The translations under genes were made by a program, and so were the position numbers. From assembly GCF_006345805.1 (NCBI RefSeq), contig NC_043006.1:95108001-95172000 (forward strand): a stretch of DNA of 64,000 nucleotides. The letters are read 5' to 3'. Positions 1-12,485 of the stretch are shown here, piece after piece (position 1 is the first letter of the stretch; every line of letters starts with the position of its first letter). Source of the stretch: Octopus sinensis (taxonomy: Eukaryota). Under the pieces are notes generated by a model. That model did not search any database, was not told the origin of the DNA, and saw only the letters and a program-made list of their open reading frames with translations.

Positions 1-440
1 ATGGGACTGCATATGTACAACACACGCGAACACATAGTGAAAGAAATGCTTCTAAGGTTACATTAGCTTCAAAGTTCATCCAAGACTGGGACCACGGGCC
101 ATACGTCCCCTGCCCAATTCAAGATCACAACATACATGTACACTGCAACATAATTTTTTTTCCTTAACAGGCCCTGCCCTATTTAACATTGTCCCGAGAG
201 AGATCAAAGAGGAAAAGGATCCCATCAACTTTAAACGGAGTCTGGATAGATTCCTTCAAAGAATACCAGATAAGCCACCCATAATTGGATACAACTCACC
301 CAACAAGAACTCACTACTTGAACAAAACTTGACTTAAACAAAACTTGACTTAAACAGGATTCGAATAATCCTATCAGGTGGTGCTATCAAGTTAGACATG
401 GCCTGGACTAATCTTTGGTCGAAACATATCTAAGTTACCA
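1..440 (+). mobile_element. CR1-like LINE, 3' end (ORF2 C-terminus + 3' UTR), degraded
   Basis: Manual translation of about 70-335 gives FKVHPRLGPRAIRPLPNSRSQH..GPALFNIVPREIKEEKDPINFKRSLDRFLQRIPDKPPIIGYNSPNKNSLLE, the typical CR1-group C-terminal motif (GPxLFN..FKxxLDxFLxxIPDxP..NSL). It is followed by a ggtggtgct..catggcc..gaaac 3' tail. Confidence 0.7.
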
Positions 441-982
441 CAGCTCTATTTCAATACAATGTAAGGCCATGAGAGACCCATGCTGCCTTTCATTTTTGGC
501 TTGTCCTATAGAATCACTTGCATTTTTCATATGCTCATTTCCGCCTGCCTTGTTCGGTGTATGCCTAACGTGCTGTTGTATTTTTCGTTCACGCATCCGT
601 AGTAACTGTATCTTTTTCTCGTTTAATGCCTGTCATAAAACAAGCTTGTAAGGTGGTAAAATACACCATTTATGCATTCGCCTAAATGGTTCTGTATTTG
701 CAAATGAATGACTCACCTACGATTCCGTGAATTTGGTGAACGACATTACCGTATTTATGACGCTGACACCGGTGTTGTCGTCAGAGGTGTCAACGGTTTT
801 GCTTTTTGTGTTTACAGGAGTGAGAGGGCAGAGTTGTCGACTATGCTAATAATAGCTGGTTTTACTTGTTGCCTTTTTCAATTTGTTTGTATCCCTTTTA
901 GTGATGATGTTGACGGCGAAGATGTTGAAATTGCTGTTAGTTTTGATTCTGCTATCGCCACTGGTTATATTGATGCTGATAA

Positions 983-983
<1 letters not shown>

Positions 984-1025
<42 letters not shown>

Positions 1026-1065
1026 GCTTTTGTTGTTGTTGTTGTTGTTACTGCTGTTGCTGCTG
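984..1065 (+). repeat. (GTT)n/(GCT)n trinucleotide microsatellite
   Basis: Direct reading of the sequence. Confidence 0.95.
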
Positions 1066-1354
1066 CTTAGCTTTAGGTATCACGTTGACGGTGGTGTTTA
1101 ATTTGCTGGTTGCAAATGTTTTTATGGATTCTAAACCATAGGAAGGAAGCTTCGTCCCTAATAACAGTGAACCATACTCGAGCAAGTTCACTTCCACGGC
1201 AAAATCCACTATAAAACAGTAAAACAAAATATTAAATGTGTAAAATAACAGCAAATATATTCACATGTACATGACGGGGTGGGGGAAAATGCATGATGCG
1301 CTCCTAAGCATTCTCAATAGTCACTCGGTCAGAAAATTTGTGATGAAGGAATCA

Positions 1355-1495
1355 GTCGAAAGCATTGGTTCTAGTACTTGACTGGTACTGTAGTTTATCA
1401 ACTTCTAAAGGAGGAGAAGGAAAATTTGAACTCAGATCAATAAGCGACGGAACAAATTTCACAAACCGTTTTATCCGACTGTTCCACGATTCAAA
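1355..1495 (-). mobile_element. Degraded SINE-A copy
   Basis: ctggtactgtagtttatcaac..aaatttgaactcaga resembles the reverse complement of the SINE-A body seen intact at 11281-11700. Confidence 0.5.
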
Positions 1496-1849
1496 ATAGC
1501 TGGTCTATGATGCAATATCGAAACTAATACTCCGTTATTAATTATTGCCAAAAATATGATGGATATGGGCGACATTAGAAAGGCAAGTAACATAAATAGT
1601 GAAGAATTTACTTTGAGTCGAAATTTTTAAAAAAAGCGATAGTATACATGGTATAGAAGATATGGAAATATATGAAAGAATAGCGACTGCATGTCTTCAT
1701 GTCTTCAATTAATATCTGAGTACGAATGTTTAAGTATCCTCACTTTACTTCAATCCCCGACCCACATGTTGATGCTGAATATAAACCTATTCAACCGGTT
1801 CCCAATCTCCCCTTTCCCAAGTTTCCAATATATTTGCTGGAGCACCGTT

Positions 1850-2170
1850 GGTTCTTGTTTATCCTCTCATTCGTCTCCAAGAGAAAACTGAAGTCGACAA
1901 GGCCTTGATCTAAAAGTAAATAGTCTTCAGTTTTTGTTTTCTGTCACGTCTACCGCACAACGACGTTCACCAGAGCCAACAGAAAGCGATGAAATGTATA
2001 AAATTTGCAGCCACAGAAAAACGTCGGCGCAATTATCACTAATGATTTTGCCAACATTCGACAACAGATGTTCAAGAAACCACCAATCAACAATGTTCAG
2101 ACACTGAAAGAATACATTTAAAACAGTTTCTTTACAGTGGTTTTTGTGGACAGACCTAACTGATAACATT
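1850..2170 (-). pseudogene. Probable hAT transposase C-terminal dimerisation-domain remnant
   Basis: ORF 1927..2169(-) contains DVFLWLQILYISSLSVGSGER, resembling the hAT dimerisation motif (NVxxxLQILxTxPxSVASGERSFS). A KTEDYL..QGL stretch follows after a frameshift. Confidence 0.45.
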
Positions 2171-2629
2171 TCTGGGCCGTTTGAATCTATCTCGATGCAG
2201 CAAGTTTTCTCCCTAGCATAACTAGGCCAGAGATTCCTAGAAGTTATGTAGTGTTGGGCTTAAATGTCTCTCGAAACAGCCCAGCCATTTAGTTGTAGCT
2301 GATTGCCATGAGAATGCTTTTGCTCTTCTTCAAGATTACACATCTTAGAAACAATTGTGCGAAAATTATTCTTGCCACATTTTGATGCGTTTTTCTGAAT
2401 ATATATTATTGATGCGTTTGTGATGATTACTGAGTTGCCCATGTTTGTTCTTCATTTCATTTTGTCTTTTATTTTAATTATTGTTGCCCTTAGAGAATTC
2501 ATTGATCTTAATCTTTTCGTTTTACAGTGTTTTTTAGCGTTTGCAACTCGCCTGCCGTCCTGATATGGTGGCTTTATCCGTTACCATTACCATGTATCTA
2601 GTCGCCATTATTCTGAACTATTAAAAGCC

Positions 2630-2790
2630 AGCGATCTGGCAGACGCGTTAGGGAGCCGGGAAAAATCTGAGTTCAGATTCCGCCGAAGTCGACTTTGTCT
2701 TTCATCCTTTCGGGGTCGAGAAAATACATACAAGCTGAACACGGGGATCGATGAAATTGCTGTCTTTGTGCCAAAACTTGACACCATTAT
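2630..2790 (+). mobile_element. SINE-A (tRNA-derived, Meta-like core), degraded
   Basis: gagttcagattccgccgaagtcgactttgtctttcatcctttcggggtcga matches the family body. Confidence 0.75.
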
Positions 2791-3195
2791 TAGGAAGTAT
2801 TACTCGCTTAAGATTTCGTATGTCATCAAGTCTTCCTTGCTTTTAGAATTGTGAAGCTGTTACATCTGTTCTTTATCGTTCAAGTGGTTACATCATTAAT
2901 CGTAATAAATATAAAACCAATTAGTTCGTCACAGGATATACGTTCTCCTAACTTAATGGTTCACAAGATGCGATCATTGTGTCCTGAAGAGGCATAGTGA
3001 TATATTACAAACTTATAGAGTTTAGAAACAAAGATTGCAATTGGAAAATATTTCAACACTTTTGCATCGGTAATTAGTGAGGAAAATGCACGTCTAAACA
3101 ACCCAAAACAGTCTCTGCCCTTATAATATGGTTGCCATACAGAGAAAATGCTGAAGTAATGAACAGGATAACGGCTACATTTAAAATGTTACTTT

Positions 3196-3239
<44 letters not shown>

Positions 3240-3248
3240 ACACACACA

Positions 3249-3645
3249 TTCTTTTATTCTTTTAACCGTTTCAGTCATTTGGCTGTGGCCAAGCTGAAGC
3301 ACCATCTTAAGGGGTTTTAGTCGAACAAATCGACCCCAGGACTTATTCTTTGAAAGCCTAGTACTTATTCTATCGGACTGATTTGCCGAACCGCTCAGTT
3401 GAGGGTACATAACACACCAACATCGGTTGTCAATCGATGGTGTGGGGACAAACACAGACACACAGGCATATACATACATATACATATATAGGACTGCCTT
3501 CTTTCAGTTTCCGTCTACCAAATACACTCACAAGGCTTTGGTCGGCCCGAAGCTATAGTAGAAATCACTTGCCCAAATTGCCAAGAAGTGGGACTGAACT
3601 CGGAACAATGTGGTTGGAAAGGAAGTCTCTTACCACACAGCCACA
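3249..3645 (-). mobile_element. SINE-B (tRNA-derived, internal microsatellite), full length
   Basis: Reverse complement runs from the head gtggctgtgtggtaag..gagttcagtccc to the tail ..gactgaaacggttaaaagaataaaagaa; same family as 10705-11098. Confidence 0.85.
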
Positions 3646-3949
3646 TATATACGTATATATAGTTGAACATGGGTTGAGAGTCAACAAAAATAAATATAGG
3701 TAAAAAGGTAAAGTGGGAACAACAGTACGGAAGGATGTTTAATGATTCTTTTAACTTTTTTCCTTTGATGAGACTGGATAGTGTTTTTATATGTGTTACA
3801 TAAGTGACTTATATAACGTATTTCCGGTTTCGATCCCTGTTGTGCATCTTCACAAATATTTAAAATTCAAACACAAAGTTTCGAAGATAAAAATTACAAA
3901 TTTAAGCATTTTTTTCTCATACTCTGTGAGCAGTTAAGAACATGTACTT

Positions 3950-4125
<176 letters not shown>

Positions 4126-4186
4126 TTGCGTACATATGTGTGTGTGTATATGCATGCATAAGTGTATATTTAAATATACAAAAAAA

Positions 4187-4675
4187 AAACACGGACTGGT
4201 CATTCGAAGTTCCCTTTTCTCAGTCGAGTTCCAGATTATCTTTGCAATTTAGGCTTGTTATACACGTGATTACGTCAATCTGGCCAGCCCTAAGGAGAAA
4301 CTAAGCTAAGAGCGTTAGATTCCATGGAAGAAAGCAGCGAATGTATACGAAAACAAGGGCGAAAAAAACGGAGAAATGGTACACAAATACAAATGCAAAT
4401 AACAGGACATAACAACAGGTGTCTTTCGACTAAGGACGAATTAAATTAAGCCGGCGTATGTGAAAGTGAAGCCTTACGGTAGGGACATAAGAGATGGCAG
4501 GTATGTGGAAGAATATAGATGTTGCACGAATGGTAATCGAACCAAGAAAGAAAGGTCAGACTTGGCCTAACACCGATCACGTGGAGAGAGAGGAGATAGT
4601 ATAACCAGCCGAAATTGCAAAGATAATTTGGAACTCGATAGAGGAATGAAAACTTCGAATGACCCGTCCGTGTTT
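4187..4675. mobile_element. Non-autonomous element with about 77-bp imperfect terminal inverted repeats
   Basis: 4187-4263 (aaacacggactggtcattcgaagtt..ttgcaatttaggcttgttatac) is the reverse complement of 4599-4675 (gtataaccagccgaaattgcaa..aacttcgaatgacccgtccgtgttt); spacer about 335 bp. Confidence 0.75.
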
Positions 4676-5841
4676 CTTCTTGTCCCTTTTTTTTATCATC
4701 AGTCTGGATGTTTTGCTGTCTCTTTTGTGTAATCCTTTGTGTATTGATATATATATATATGTATGTATGTAGGTGTGTATTTGTATATGTGCATATATAT
4801 ATATATATATACATACATATACACACATACACACACTCATACACACACTCAAACATACATATACACACACATACACACACACACTCATATATATATGTAA
4901 TTGAAAAGTTGGAGTCAACAGGAAGAAGTGCGGTCGAACACTTATTTGTAAACACTACAATTGTTTCTAAACAACGCACTTCTCCAGTCTTGCAGGTACA
5001 TGGTTATGCAACCGCTTCCTCGCAGCTATCTATTCACACACTGCAGAAAGCCAAACGCAAATCTGGTTGTAAGTATAATAATCCTCCTGGACAGAACAGG
5101 GTGAATATTCTGTTACGTTCTTAATAGAATATAGCTAACTATATACTTGTACATATGTACGAGTGTGTGTATGTATTAATACATATACTTACTTATTAAG
5201 CGTGTTCATATTTTTCGTTGTAATCTAGATATTTTCAAATTTTTCTTGACTATTATATGTGTCATGTCCGTGTAAAAAGCTCGTCATATATTAGCTTTTA
5301 GTTTTTCTCATTTAGCACGACCGCTCACAAACACACAAAGGCAACATGAAAACACACATACACACAAATATTCATATACTAAAAAACTAATTTAATATGT
5401 ATACAGGAATAGAAATGCAGTCCACGCGTTTCATTGACCATTACATGAGGGAATAAAGAGATTTTTTGAAAAAAATAAATGAATGGGAAATAGAATAGTT
5501 TCGTAAAAGAATAAAAACACATGTCAACGAGATTTAAATTTGGATTCGTTTGCGTTGTGGGTTTCGAGAAAAAAAAATATAGTGTTTTCAAACTTAACTT
5601 TTTTTTCAACTAACCAAACAAATTTTCGGTTATGCACACAAGACGTAGCAATGATAGTACAAACCAACGATATCGACAATAATAAATAGCAAGATAACAA
5701 TAAAAACTGAAAACAAAAAAAAGGAAAAGGAAAGTGATATTGATTTATTCTGTTTTTTAAAAAATCAACATTAATTTTAAAACACGTTTGTTGCGATAAC
5801 CAAATATCGAAAATAAATATGGAAAACCTCACGAATCCACA

Positions 5842-5864
5842 TAATAATAATAATAATAATATAT

Positions 5865-5915
<51 letters not shown>

Positions 5916-5922
5916 TAATAAT

Positions 5923-5954
<32 letters not shown>

Positions 5955-5981
5955 TAATATAATAATAGTATTGATGATGAT

Positions 5982-6030
<49 letters not shown>
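5842..6030. repeat. (AAT)n followed by (GAT)n microsatellite
   Basis: Direct reading. Confidence 0.95.
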
Positions 6031-6031
<1 letters not shown>

Positions 6032-6254
6032 AAAATACACAAAAATCGGGAACGACATAGTAAGGATGAATTTGAGTTGGCTAAAATATCAAATACACTT
6101 TTTACCTGTGTCTGCGTACGTTTACCTGTGTGTCTGCGTATATGGGTGTATGCATGTATGTGTGTATGTATGTATGTATATATCTATCTAGCTATTTATA
6201 TCAGTATATATATATGTGTGTGTGCGTGTATACACACACATATATATGTATTGC

Positions 6255-6601
6255 TTTTTCTTCCTTGTTTCAGTCATTTACTTGCGGCCAAGCTGGAGCA
6301 CCGCCTTCAGTCGAGTAAATCGATCCCGGGACTTATTCTTTGTAAGTCATCCGTTGTCAAGCGATGGTGAGGGACAAACACAGACACACAAACATATACA
6401 TACACGCATACATATATATATATGTTTATGTGTATATATACATGTATGTATATATATATATATGTATATATGTATGTATATACACGACGGGCTTCTTTCA
6501 GTTTCCGTCAGCCAAATTCACTCACAACTCTTTGGTCGACCGAGGCTATAGTAAAAGACACTTGCCCAAGATGACACGAAGTGGGAATGAACCCGGAACA
6601 C

Positions 6602-6632
<31 letters not shown>

Positions 6633-6673
6633 CATACATACATACATACATACATACATACACACACGCATAC

Positions 6674-6712
<39 letters not shown>

Positions 6713-6870
6713 AGGCATCCTTCCACACAGTTTCCGTCTATCAAAATCACTCACGACGCAATAGACGGCTCTGTGCTTAGCAAGAAGACGCTGAAGGTTC
6801 TACGCAGTAAGACTGAACCCATAACCCCGTGATTGCTATATAAGCTTCTTAGCAACACAGCCATGCCTTC
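6255..6870 (-). mobile_element. SINE-B copy plus second fragment, split by (TACA)n
   Basis: Family tail ttgtttcagtcatttacttgcggccaagctggagcaccgcc at 6265. Body to 6600, and a further degraded head/body at 6720-6870. Confidence 0.75.
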
Positions 6871-7741
6871 GCCTCCCCGTCTACTTACGTAAGCATAGAT
6901 ACCTGAGTCCATACAAACGTAAATTACTGTGTGTGCTTTTAAGTTTGTTCCACTATTTCGTCTCATGAATAAAATCATTTTATGCGAACAAAAAATATTA
7001 TAAAGCAATGGTGGCAAAGGGACGAAAGCCCTAATTAGCAAATTAATATTTCAGAACAAATAGATTAGTTTTAAAAGCTAAGTGCAAACACCGGTACACA
7101 TCTACGGCAATTAACACTAGGGTTATTGCAAACCAGAGATCATAAAAGACGAATAACCTTAATTGAAAGAGAAATTATTCAGAAGTTGAGAAAGGAATGC
7201 GTCCAAGTAATTGATATTCCACACTTACGTAACCCATCAACGTTGAAATGGTTTTAGGATGGTTAAGCGAAGGGATCGATGGTTATGGTTGTGGTAGGTA
7301 TGTCGCTGTGATATTGATTAGGTATGTGGCTTTGGTCATGTGGTATTTCCATATTCTCCAAAAGGAGTTTATCGATATAAGTATAAATAAAATGCTTCCT
7401 GTACTAATTATGCTTGATCAATAGTAATAACCGCAACAGCAACAACAACAGAATCAACGCCACCACAAACAGCAGCACCACCACATTAGCAACAACAGAA
7501 ACATATACACCAACGACAACACCAATAACTGTTTCTAAATAGTCATTGGAGACCAGAAATTTGTAGCAATGTTGTTCGTTGAATTAATCGATCTCGTATT
7601 TTATTGACCTACAAAGATGAAAAGCAAAGTTGTTTTTGCCGCGATTTGATCCCAGTGTTTGATGTGCTGGAAGTAATATTGCAAGCCGTCTTGTTCGATG
7701 ATCAGTCAATCCACTACCCTCAACATTTATACGAAATTCTT

Positions 7742-7770
7742 ATCTTCTTCTTCTTCTTCTTCTTCTTCTT

Positions 7771-7806
<36 letters not shown>

Positions 7807-8280
7807 TTCCTCTTCTTCTTCTTCTTCTTCTCTCTTCTTTTCTTCTTCTTCTTCTCTCTCTTCTTCTTCTTCTTCCTCTTCTTCTTATTCCTTCTTATTC
7901 TTCTTTCTTCCTCTTCTCTTCTTCTTCTTCTTCCTCTTCTTCTTCTTCTCTTCTTCTTCTTCTTCTTCTCTTTCTTCTCTTCTTCTTCTCTTCTCCTCCT
8001 CCTTTTCCTTCTCTTTTTCTTCTTCTCGTCTCCTCTCGTCTTCTTCTTCTTCTTTTCTTTCTTCTTCTCTTCGTCTCTTATTCTTGGTCTTCTTCTTCTC
8101 CTTTCTTCCCTTCTTTTACTTATCCTTTCTTCTTGTTTTTCTCCTTCTTCTTTTTACTTAAGCTTTGTTCTTTCTTTCTTTCTTTTACTTATCCATTCTT
8201 CTTTTACTTCTTCTTTTCTTTCTTCTTTCCTTCTTTTACATATCCTTCCTTTCTTTTACTTATCCTTTCTTCTTCTTCTT
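7742..8280 (+). repeat. About 540-bp degenerate (CTT)n polypyrimidine tract
   Basis: Direct reading; it produces the spurious S/L/F ORFs 7604..8161 and 7698..8402. Confidence 0.95.
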
Positions 8281-8297
8281 CCCTTTATCGGGAAATC

Positions 8298-8576
8298 CTT
8301 GTGAGTGGATTTGGTAGACGGAAACTGAAAGAAGCCCATTATATATTTGTATATGTATGCATATGCCAGTGTGTCTGTGTTTGTCGCCTCACCACCGGTT
8401 GACAATCGATGTTCATGTGCATGCGTCCCTGTAATTTAGCGGTTAGGTAAATGACACGATACAATAAGTGCTAGGCTTACAAACAATAAGTCCTGGGGTC
8501 GATTTGCTCGACTAACGGGGGTGCTTCAGCATAAACGCAGTCATGCAACTGAAACAAGTAAAATAATAAAAGAATA
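8298..8576 (+). mobile_element. SINE-B, 5'-truncated
   Basis: ccttgtgagtggatttggtagacggaaactgaaagaagccc..aataagtcctggggtcgatttgctcgactaa..ctgaaacaagtaaaataataaaagaa. Confidence 0.85.
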
Positions 8577-8616
8577 TGTGTGTGCGTGTATATATATATA
8601 TACACACATACAAACT

Positions 8617-8657
<41 letters not shown>

Positions 8658-8808
8658 CATACACAAACTCACATATATATATATATATATATACACACAT
8701 GCATATATATATACATATACATATATATATCTATATGTATGTGTGTATGTATGTATGTATGTATGTATATATGTATGTATGTATGTATGTATGTGTGTGT
8801 GTATGTAT

Positions 8809-9213
8809 AAAGGCAGCGAGCTGGCAGAAACGTTAGAACTCCGGACGAAATACTGCCGCTACGTTTTGAGTTCAAATTCCGCCGAGGTCGACTTTGCATT
8901 TCCTCCTTTCGGGATCGATTAAATAAGTACCAGTTACGCACTGGGGTCGATGTAATCGACTTAATCCGTTTGTCTGTCCTCGTTTGTCCTCTCTGTGTTT
9001 AGCCCCTTGTGGGTAGTAAAGAAAAGGTATTTCGTCAGCCGTTACGTTCTGAGTACAAATTCCGCCGAGGTCGACTTTGTCTTTCATCCTTTCGGGGTCA
9101 AATAAATAAGTACCATAAGTACCAGTAATACACTGGGGTGGATGTAATCGACTTAATCCCTTTGTCTGCCCTGTTTTTGTCCCGTCTATGTTTAGCCTGC
9201 TGTGGGCAATAAA
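8809..9213 (+). mobile_element. SINE-A head-body-tail-body-tail dimer with Tx1-like tail
   Basis: Head aaggcagcgagctggcagaaacgttag and B-box-like gagttcaaattcc. The unit restarts at ggtatttcgtc (about 9026) and ends gggcaataaaga|(TA)n. Confidence 0.9.
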
Positions 9214-9500
9214 GATATATATATATATATATATATATGGATCTTTTCTATTCTGAAGCCAGTTTTTTCAAATTTTTCCTACTGAACCAAACAATTTGAA
9301 ACTTAGTATACTGGTAGAATGTGTCAAAAGTAAACTTAATTGTAAACCAGAATGAAAACGGAATTGTAACTTCTAAGTTTAACGTTGTTTAATAATTAGA
9401 ATTTAACCAATGATATTCCGTCATTCGCCTTTATTTTATTTACTCCGTCTCGACACCACAATTTCGTGACGTATTAAACATCTTAAATGTAAACAAGCGC

Positions 9501-9810
9501 GTGTGTGAAGAGACAGAGAGAGTAATGTGTGAAAGAGAGAGATAACTGAAATTTTTTACTCGGTGTATGTGTATATGTATGTCGCATGTATGTGTGTGTG
9601 TATGTATGTGTAAGTATGTGTGTGGTGTATGTATGTGTGTGTGTGTATGTATGTATGGCCGATTCATCGTAATTACGATGAATCGGCCATACATACATAG
9701 ATACATACACACACACACATACATGCAGACATACATATACACATACACCGAGTAAAAAATTTCAGTTATCTCTCTCTTTCACACATTACTCTCTCTGTCT
9801 CTTCACACAC
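9501..9810. repeat. Spacer-less fold-back palindrome
   Basis: Centre cgtaa|ttacg (9672/9673). gtgtgtgaagagacagagagagtaatg..ctcggtgtatg on the left is mirrored by catacaccgag..cattactctctctgtctcttcacacac on the right; the left arm has an extra ~35 nt of microsatellite. Confidence 0.9.
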
Positions 9811-10410
9811 ACTAACAGAAGCACTTCACTTACACAACATACTGTCCTCCGCACCCCATCAAACACACACACACACACACACATATACATCAATGCTTCC
9901 CCTAGACGGTAACTTCAAAGACAAACTTCCCTCGTCATAAAATCGCTTCCTCTTAGTCTCTTTCGCTCTCGTTACTTATGTAAAAAAATAAAAGTTTTTT
10001 ACGGAAATCGACGGAAAACTTGTGCTACGACAAGAGAAACTTCTCCGAAATTTAATATTAAAAAGCAAAGAGCTGGCAGAAAAACGTTAGCACGCCGGGC
10101 GAAATACGTAGCCGTATTCGTCTGCCGTTACGTTCTGTGTTTGTTTACAGTTTTCCGAACGTTAGTACGTCACAAAAGCGCTTTCTACGTCACACTAATA
10201 GAATGCAGTCAAGTTTTACACGTGAAAACAAACAATTTGATGGGTTTAATTCGCAGTTTTAATCTACGATTAAAGTCATAAAATAGATTTTTCAAATAAA
10301 CTAGTTCCAACCTGTGTCTTGTTTTGCTAGACTCTATCAGCATACGAAGTTTCAGATTATTTAGTTAAGTAGAAAGATCTGTGGTCCTGGCTTCAGAATT
10401 GAAAAGATCC

Positions 10411-10442
<32 letters not shown>

Positions 10443-10446
10443 AAAC

Positions 10447-10565
10447 ATGATCACATGACCGATTAGGCAATGAATGTTGTTACACATCGCTGGTCACAAC
10501 GCGCATTTTCATTGTTTTAGCCCTCAAATGACACCCCCCCCTGCTGGGTAAGCGAGCAGGCCAAC
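10447..10565 (+). mobile_element. About 125-bp TA-associated dispersed repeat (family R125)
   Basis: atgatcacatgaccg..gttacacatcgctggtcacaacgcgc..gctgggtaagcgagcaggccaa; homologous to 13720-13835(+) and 18026-18142(-). Confidence 0.8.
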
Positions 10566-10704
10566 ATTCCCTAGTGATCGAAAGGGGACTAGACCAACGG
10601 GAAATGAAGCACTTTGCTCAAGAACACAACACGACGCCAAGTCAGAGAATCATACCGACGATCTAGCGACCATGAGTGCAACAACCTAACCATAACTATA
10701 TATA

Positions 10705-11098
10705 GGCGCAGGAGTGGCTGTGTGGTAAGTAGCTTGCTTCCCAACCACATTGTTCCGCGTTCAGCCACACTGCGTGGCACCTTGGGCTAGTGTCTTCTGC
10801 TATAGTCTTGGGCCAACCAAAGCCTTGTGAGTGGATTTGGTAGGCGGAAACTGAAAGGAGCCTGTCGTATATATGTATATATATATGTCTGTGTGTGTGT
10901 GTCTGTGCTGTCCCCCTCCCCCAACATCGTTTGGCATGCGATAATGGTGTGTTTACGTCCCCGTAATCTAGCCGTTCGGCAAAATAAGACGTATAGATTA
11001 AGTACTAGGCTTACAAAGAATAAGTCCTGGGGTCGATTTGCTCGACTAAAAGGAGTGGCATAGCCTCAGACTGAAACAAATAAAAGAATAAGAGAATA
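10705..11098 (+). mobile_element. SINE-B, full length
   Basis: Head ggcgcaggagtggctgtgtggtaagtagcttgcttcccaaccac (A-box-like), B-box-like gcgttcagcc, internal (TA/TG)n, tail ctgaaacaaataaaagaataagagaa. Confidence 0.9.
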
Positions 11099-11280
11099 AT
11101 AGAATATATACACACACATACATTCTTATTCCGTCTACGTACATATGTATGTGAACAAACGCTCACATACAGGTCCACTCCCATCCATTCACACACCCTT
11201 GAGACTGCCTTTGAAACGCCCTTCAAATTTTCCTGACTCACTACTGACCATCTCATCTACGCACACGTGCAAAAACACAC

Positions 11281-11700
11281 GACCTATTTCTTTATTACCC
11301 ACAAGGGGCTAAACACAGAGGGGACAAACAAGGACAGACATAGGTATTAAGTCGATTAAATCGATCCCAGTGCGTAACTGGTACTTAATTTATCGACCCC
11401 GAAAGGATGAAAGGCAAAGTCGACCTCGGCGGAATTCGAACTCACAACGTAACGCAGACGAAATACCTATTTCTATTTCATTATTACCCACAAGGGGCTA
11501 AACATAGATGGGACAAACAAGGACAGACATAGGTATTAAGTCGATTACATCGACCCCAGTGCGTAACTGGTACTTAATTTATCGACCCCGAAAGGATGAA
11601 AGGCAAAGTCGACCTCGGCGGAATTTGAACTCACAACGTAGCGGCAGACGAAATACCGCTAAGCATTTCGCCCGGCGTGCTAACGTTTCTGCCAGCTCGC
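11281..11700 (-). mobile_element. SINE-A dimer (head-body-tail-body-tail) with Tx1-like tail
   Basis: Two ~190-bp units containing gtcgacctcggcggaatt(t/c)gaactcacaacgta, each preceded on the + strand by ttattacccacaaggggctaaaca. Confidence 0.92.
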
Positions 11701-12169
11701 CCGACCACTCACGCATACACCTGTCACCATAGCTGCTGATCTCTCACTACGACATTAACAGACACACGCAGATCACTCACATAAACATACACATGTAAAC
11801 GGTTAATACCATACACACCATACAGACACCTACACACACATTTATCACCACACGCACACACACACATACACATGCCACCACACACATACGCCCACATAAA
11901 TTCTAACAAACGTTGAAGATCTGAAGTTAGCGTTAATGTAATAATCTAAGATAAAGAGGATTAGAGTAAACTTGCAGAGTGATGTCTTAAACCAAAACAA
12001 TTATGATGAAGGTGACAACATCAACATCAGCAACAATAACCATAACAGCAATACCAATGGTATCAATAAAATAACAATAAGATAATATTCCAAAATAAGA
12101 GCAAAAATAACAATTACAATAACCATGGGTTGTAAAATAAAGCAACGATATTAGCGTAATGGTCTCAAT

Positions 12170-12485
12170 TTTTTTATTTATGCGCCCTTTCCAAGCCTAG
12201 CCAGGCTCATGGGCCCGGTTTCCCGGTTTCTATGGCGTATGTGTTCCCCCCAGCTGGACGGGACGCCAGTCCATCGCAGCGTTACTCAAGAAACGGGAAA
12301 AGAGAGTGAGAGAAAGTTGGGGCGAAAGAGTACAACAGGGGTCGCCACCCACCACCTACCGGAGCCTCGTGGAGCTTTAGGCGTTTTCCTTCAATAAACG
12401 CAAACAACGCCCGGTCTGGGAATCAAAACCGCGATCCTCCGACCGCGAGTCCGCTGTCCTAACCACTGGGCTATTGCGCCTCTAC
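12170..12485 (-). mobile_element. SINE-C, tRNA-derived with V-domain-like core, with target-site duplication
   Basis: Reverse complement: ggcgcaatagcccagtggttagg (A box), ggttttgattccc (B box), gcgatggactggcgtcccgtccag (V-SINE-like core). Flanked by the 12-bp direct repeat aatggtctcaat at 12158-12169 and 12486-12497. Confidence 0.9.

Noticed and set aside
2984-3050. CTGAAGA hammerhead core hit (similar hits at 1925-, 4700-, 24909-, 52748-)
   Set aside because: No helix II/GAAA/helix III/helix I arrangement could be built around them.
7604-8402. 185-aa and 234-aa ORFs
   Set aside because: Products of the (CTT)n tract.
10140-10260. Clustered CRE half-sites (tacgtca x2) and E-box (cacgtg) as a promoter/enhancer
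   Set aside because: Short motifs are expected by chance, and there is no associated gene or TSS evidence.
12400-12485. tRNA gene
   Set aside because: A and B boxes are present, but it continues into a SINE body with tail and TSD and lacks a closed acceptor stem; it is a SINE head. The same applies to 58430-58505 and 59280-59352.
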